Assembly (NCBI RefSeq): GCF_018350175.1
Contig: NC_058368.1
Span: 68,016,001 to 68,080,000, forward strand
Direction of reading: 5' to 3'
Origin: Felis catus
Taxonomy: Eukaryota
Length of the DNA: 64,000 bases
The translations under genes and the position numbers were made by a program. This document shows, one piece after another, positions 63,001 to 64,000 of this stretch (positions are counted from its first letter, which is position 1; each line of letters begins with the position of its first letter). The notes below the pieces were generated by a model, which saw nothing but the letters and a program-made list of their open reading frames with translations, did not search any database and had not been told where the DNA came from.

Positions 63001-64000
63001 GAGGGGTTGCTCTATCGTTCATGAAAATCTTGTATTTAACTTTGGGACACAACCTTACACAGTCACAGATATCTGTGAGCTTCTCCAGTTCCCTCCTGCT
63101 GGGGATTTACCTCAAGTTTTCCAGCCAGCAGTTGCAAGAAACACATAGCTGGCATCTGCGTGCCCTGGAACCATGTACTGTCATCAATACATTCTGGTTA
63201 GGTGGGGTACAGTGCTGGGAATTACCTGATGCGCACCTGGATGTATATGACAGGATTCATGACACATCTGGGGGGAATAAAAGGTCACATTTTTGTGTTT
63301 GGAAGTGTCCCTGTGTTGTGTCTACTTTCCTGGAAATCTTTGTATATTTCTCTCTACCTTACCCTTCACCCTTTATGCCATCCTATTTCTTCATCAGATT
63401 CATGGTGTACTGAATCTGAATGCACTTTAATGTAACATGGAGAAGGACTCTAGTGGATGAGAAATTTTCATTTGAAAAATTTATTTTACGTATTTTTACT
63501 GTTGTGCCTACATGGTAAATATTTGGGGGAAGAGCTATCTTTAGATCAACAAATACACTTTCTAAATTTTAAAACCATCTCATAATCAATGGTCAAATAT
63601 GTACTAGTATTGGATTTATGACTTTTATCACAGTAGTGCCCATGTTTGCACTTATGTTATGCACACTGATAGATGAGGTTTTCATAACCTAGATATTTTG
63701 TGCTTTTCACTGATAAGCATGTTTTTCATTTGGTTTGGGAAACAGTTCTGCATAGTCAGGGAGTAGTATAGTTATTCCCACTTTGTCTGGAAGGAGGAAA
63801 ATTGAGAGAGTGTGAACTGAGATTCACCCCATTAGGGAATGAGAATGTGTTTCGAATCTTGGTTCTCTTAGCTGCAGTTTGGCTTTCTTTTCTACCCCAC
63901 TTTCTATGCTTCTTAACCTTTGTTTTTCTCCTTTATTGAGAATTTCTAGACTCTATTATGTTGACTCCACTGGAAGTTATTCATGGCGGAAATCAGAGTT

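Noticed and set aside
62964..63413. 149-aa ORF
   Set aside because: Begins in the MLT1 LTR end with a non-ATG start; no recognisable protein features.
1..64000. CRISPR arrays, operons or other prokaryote-type systems
   Set aside because: The sequence is mammalian; the recurring repeats are dispersed retroposons with TSDs, not regularly spaced arrays.

Overview
Mammalian genomic DNA from a feliform carnivore, most likely a felid. The basis is about 20 tRNA-derived CAN-SINEs, including young SINEC_Fc-type copies, and felid-type L1 3' ends. The window is AT-rich and mostly non-coding, and it looks like a large intron or gene-sparse interval. It is filled with SINEs, young and ancient L1 fragments, L2/MIR relics, MaLR/ERVL solo LTRs and MER5/MER82 DNA transposon fossils. 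Nearly all ORFs in the supplied track are spurious or derived from repeats; the exceptions are an L1 ORF2 C-terminus (55178-55789, also 12014-12453) and a MER82 transposase remnant. The best non-repeat signal is a candidate minus-strand terminal coding exon missed by the ORF track (CDS 58020->57878). It has an acceptor, a stop codon, an AATAAA and a GU-rich downstream element, but I cannot name the gene. Other points of interest are motif-dense repeat-free blocks (about 36.2-36.75 kb and 58.7-59.35 kb), a strong CTCF motif (61074), a twin-primed L1 with an unusually long inverted duplication, and repeated ultra-short L1 3'-tip insertions. I see no evidence of a wholly new biological system. 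Repeat family names come from recalled consensus similarity, not from a database search.
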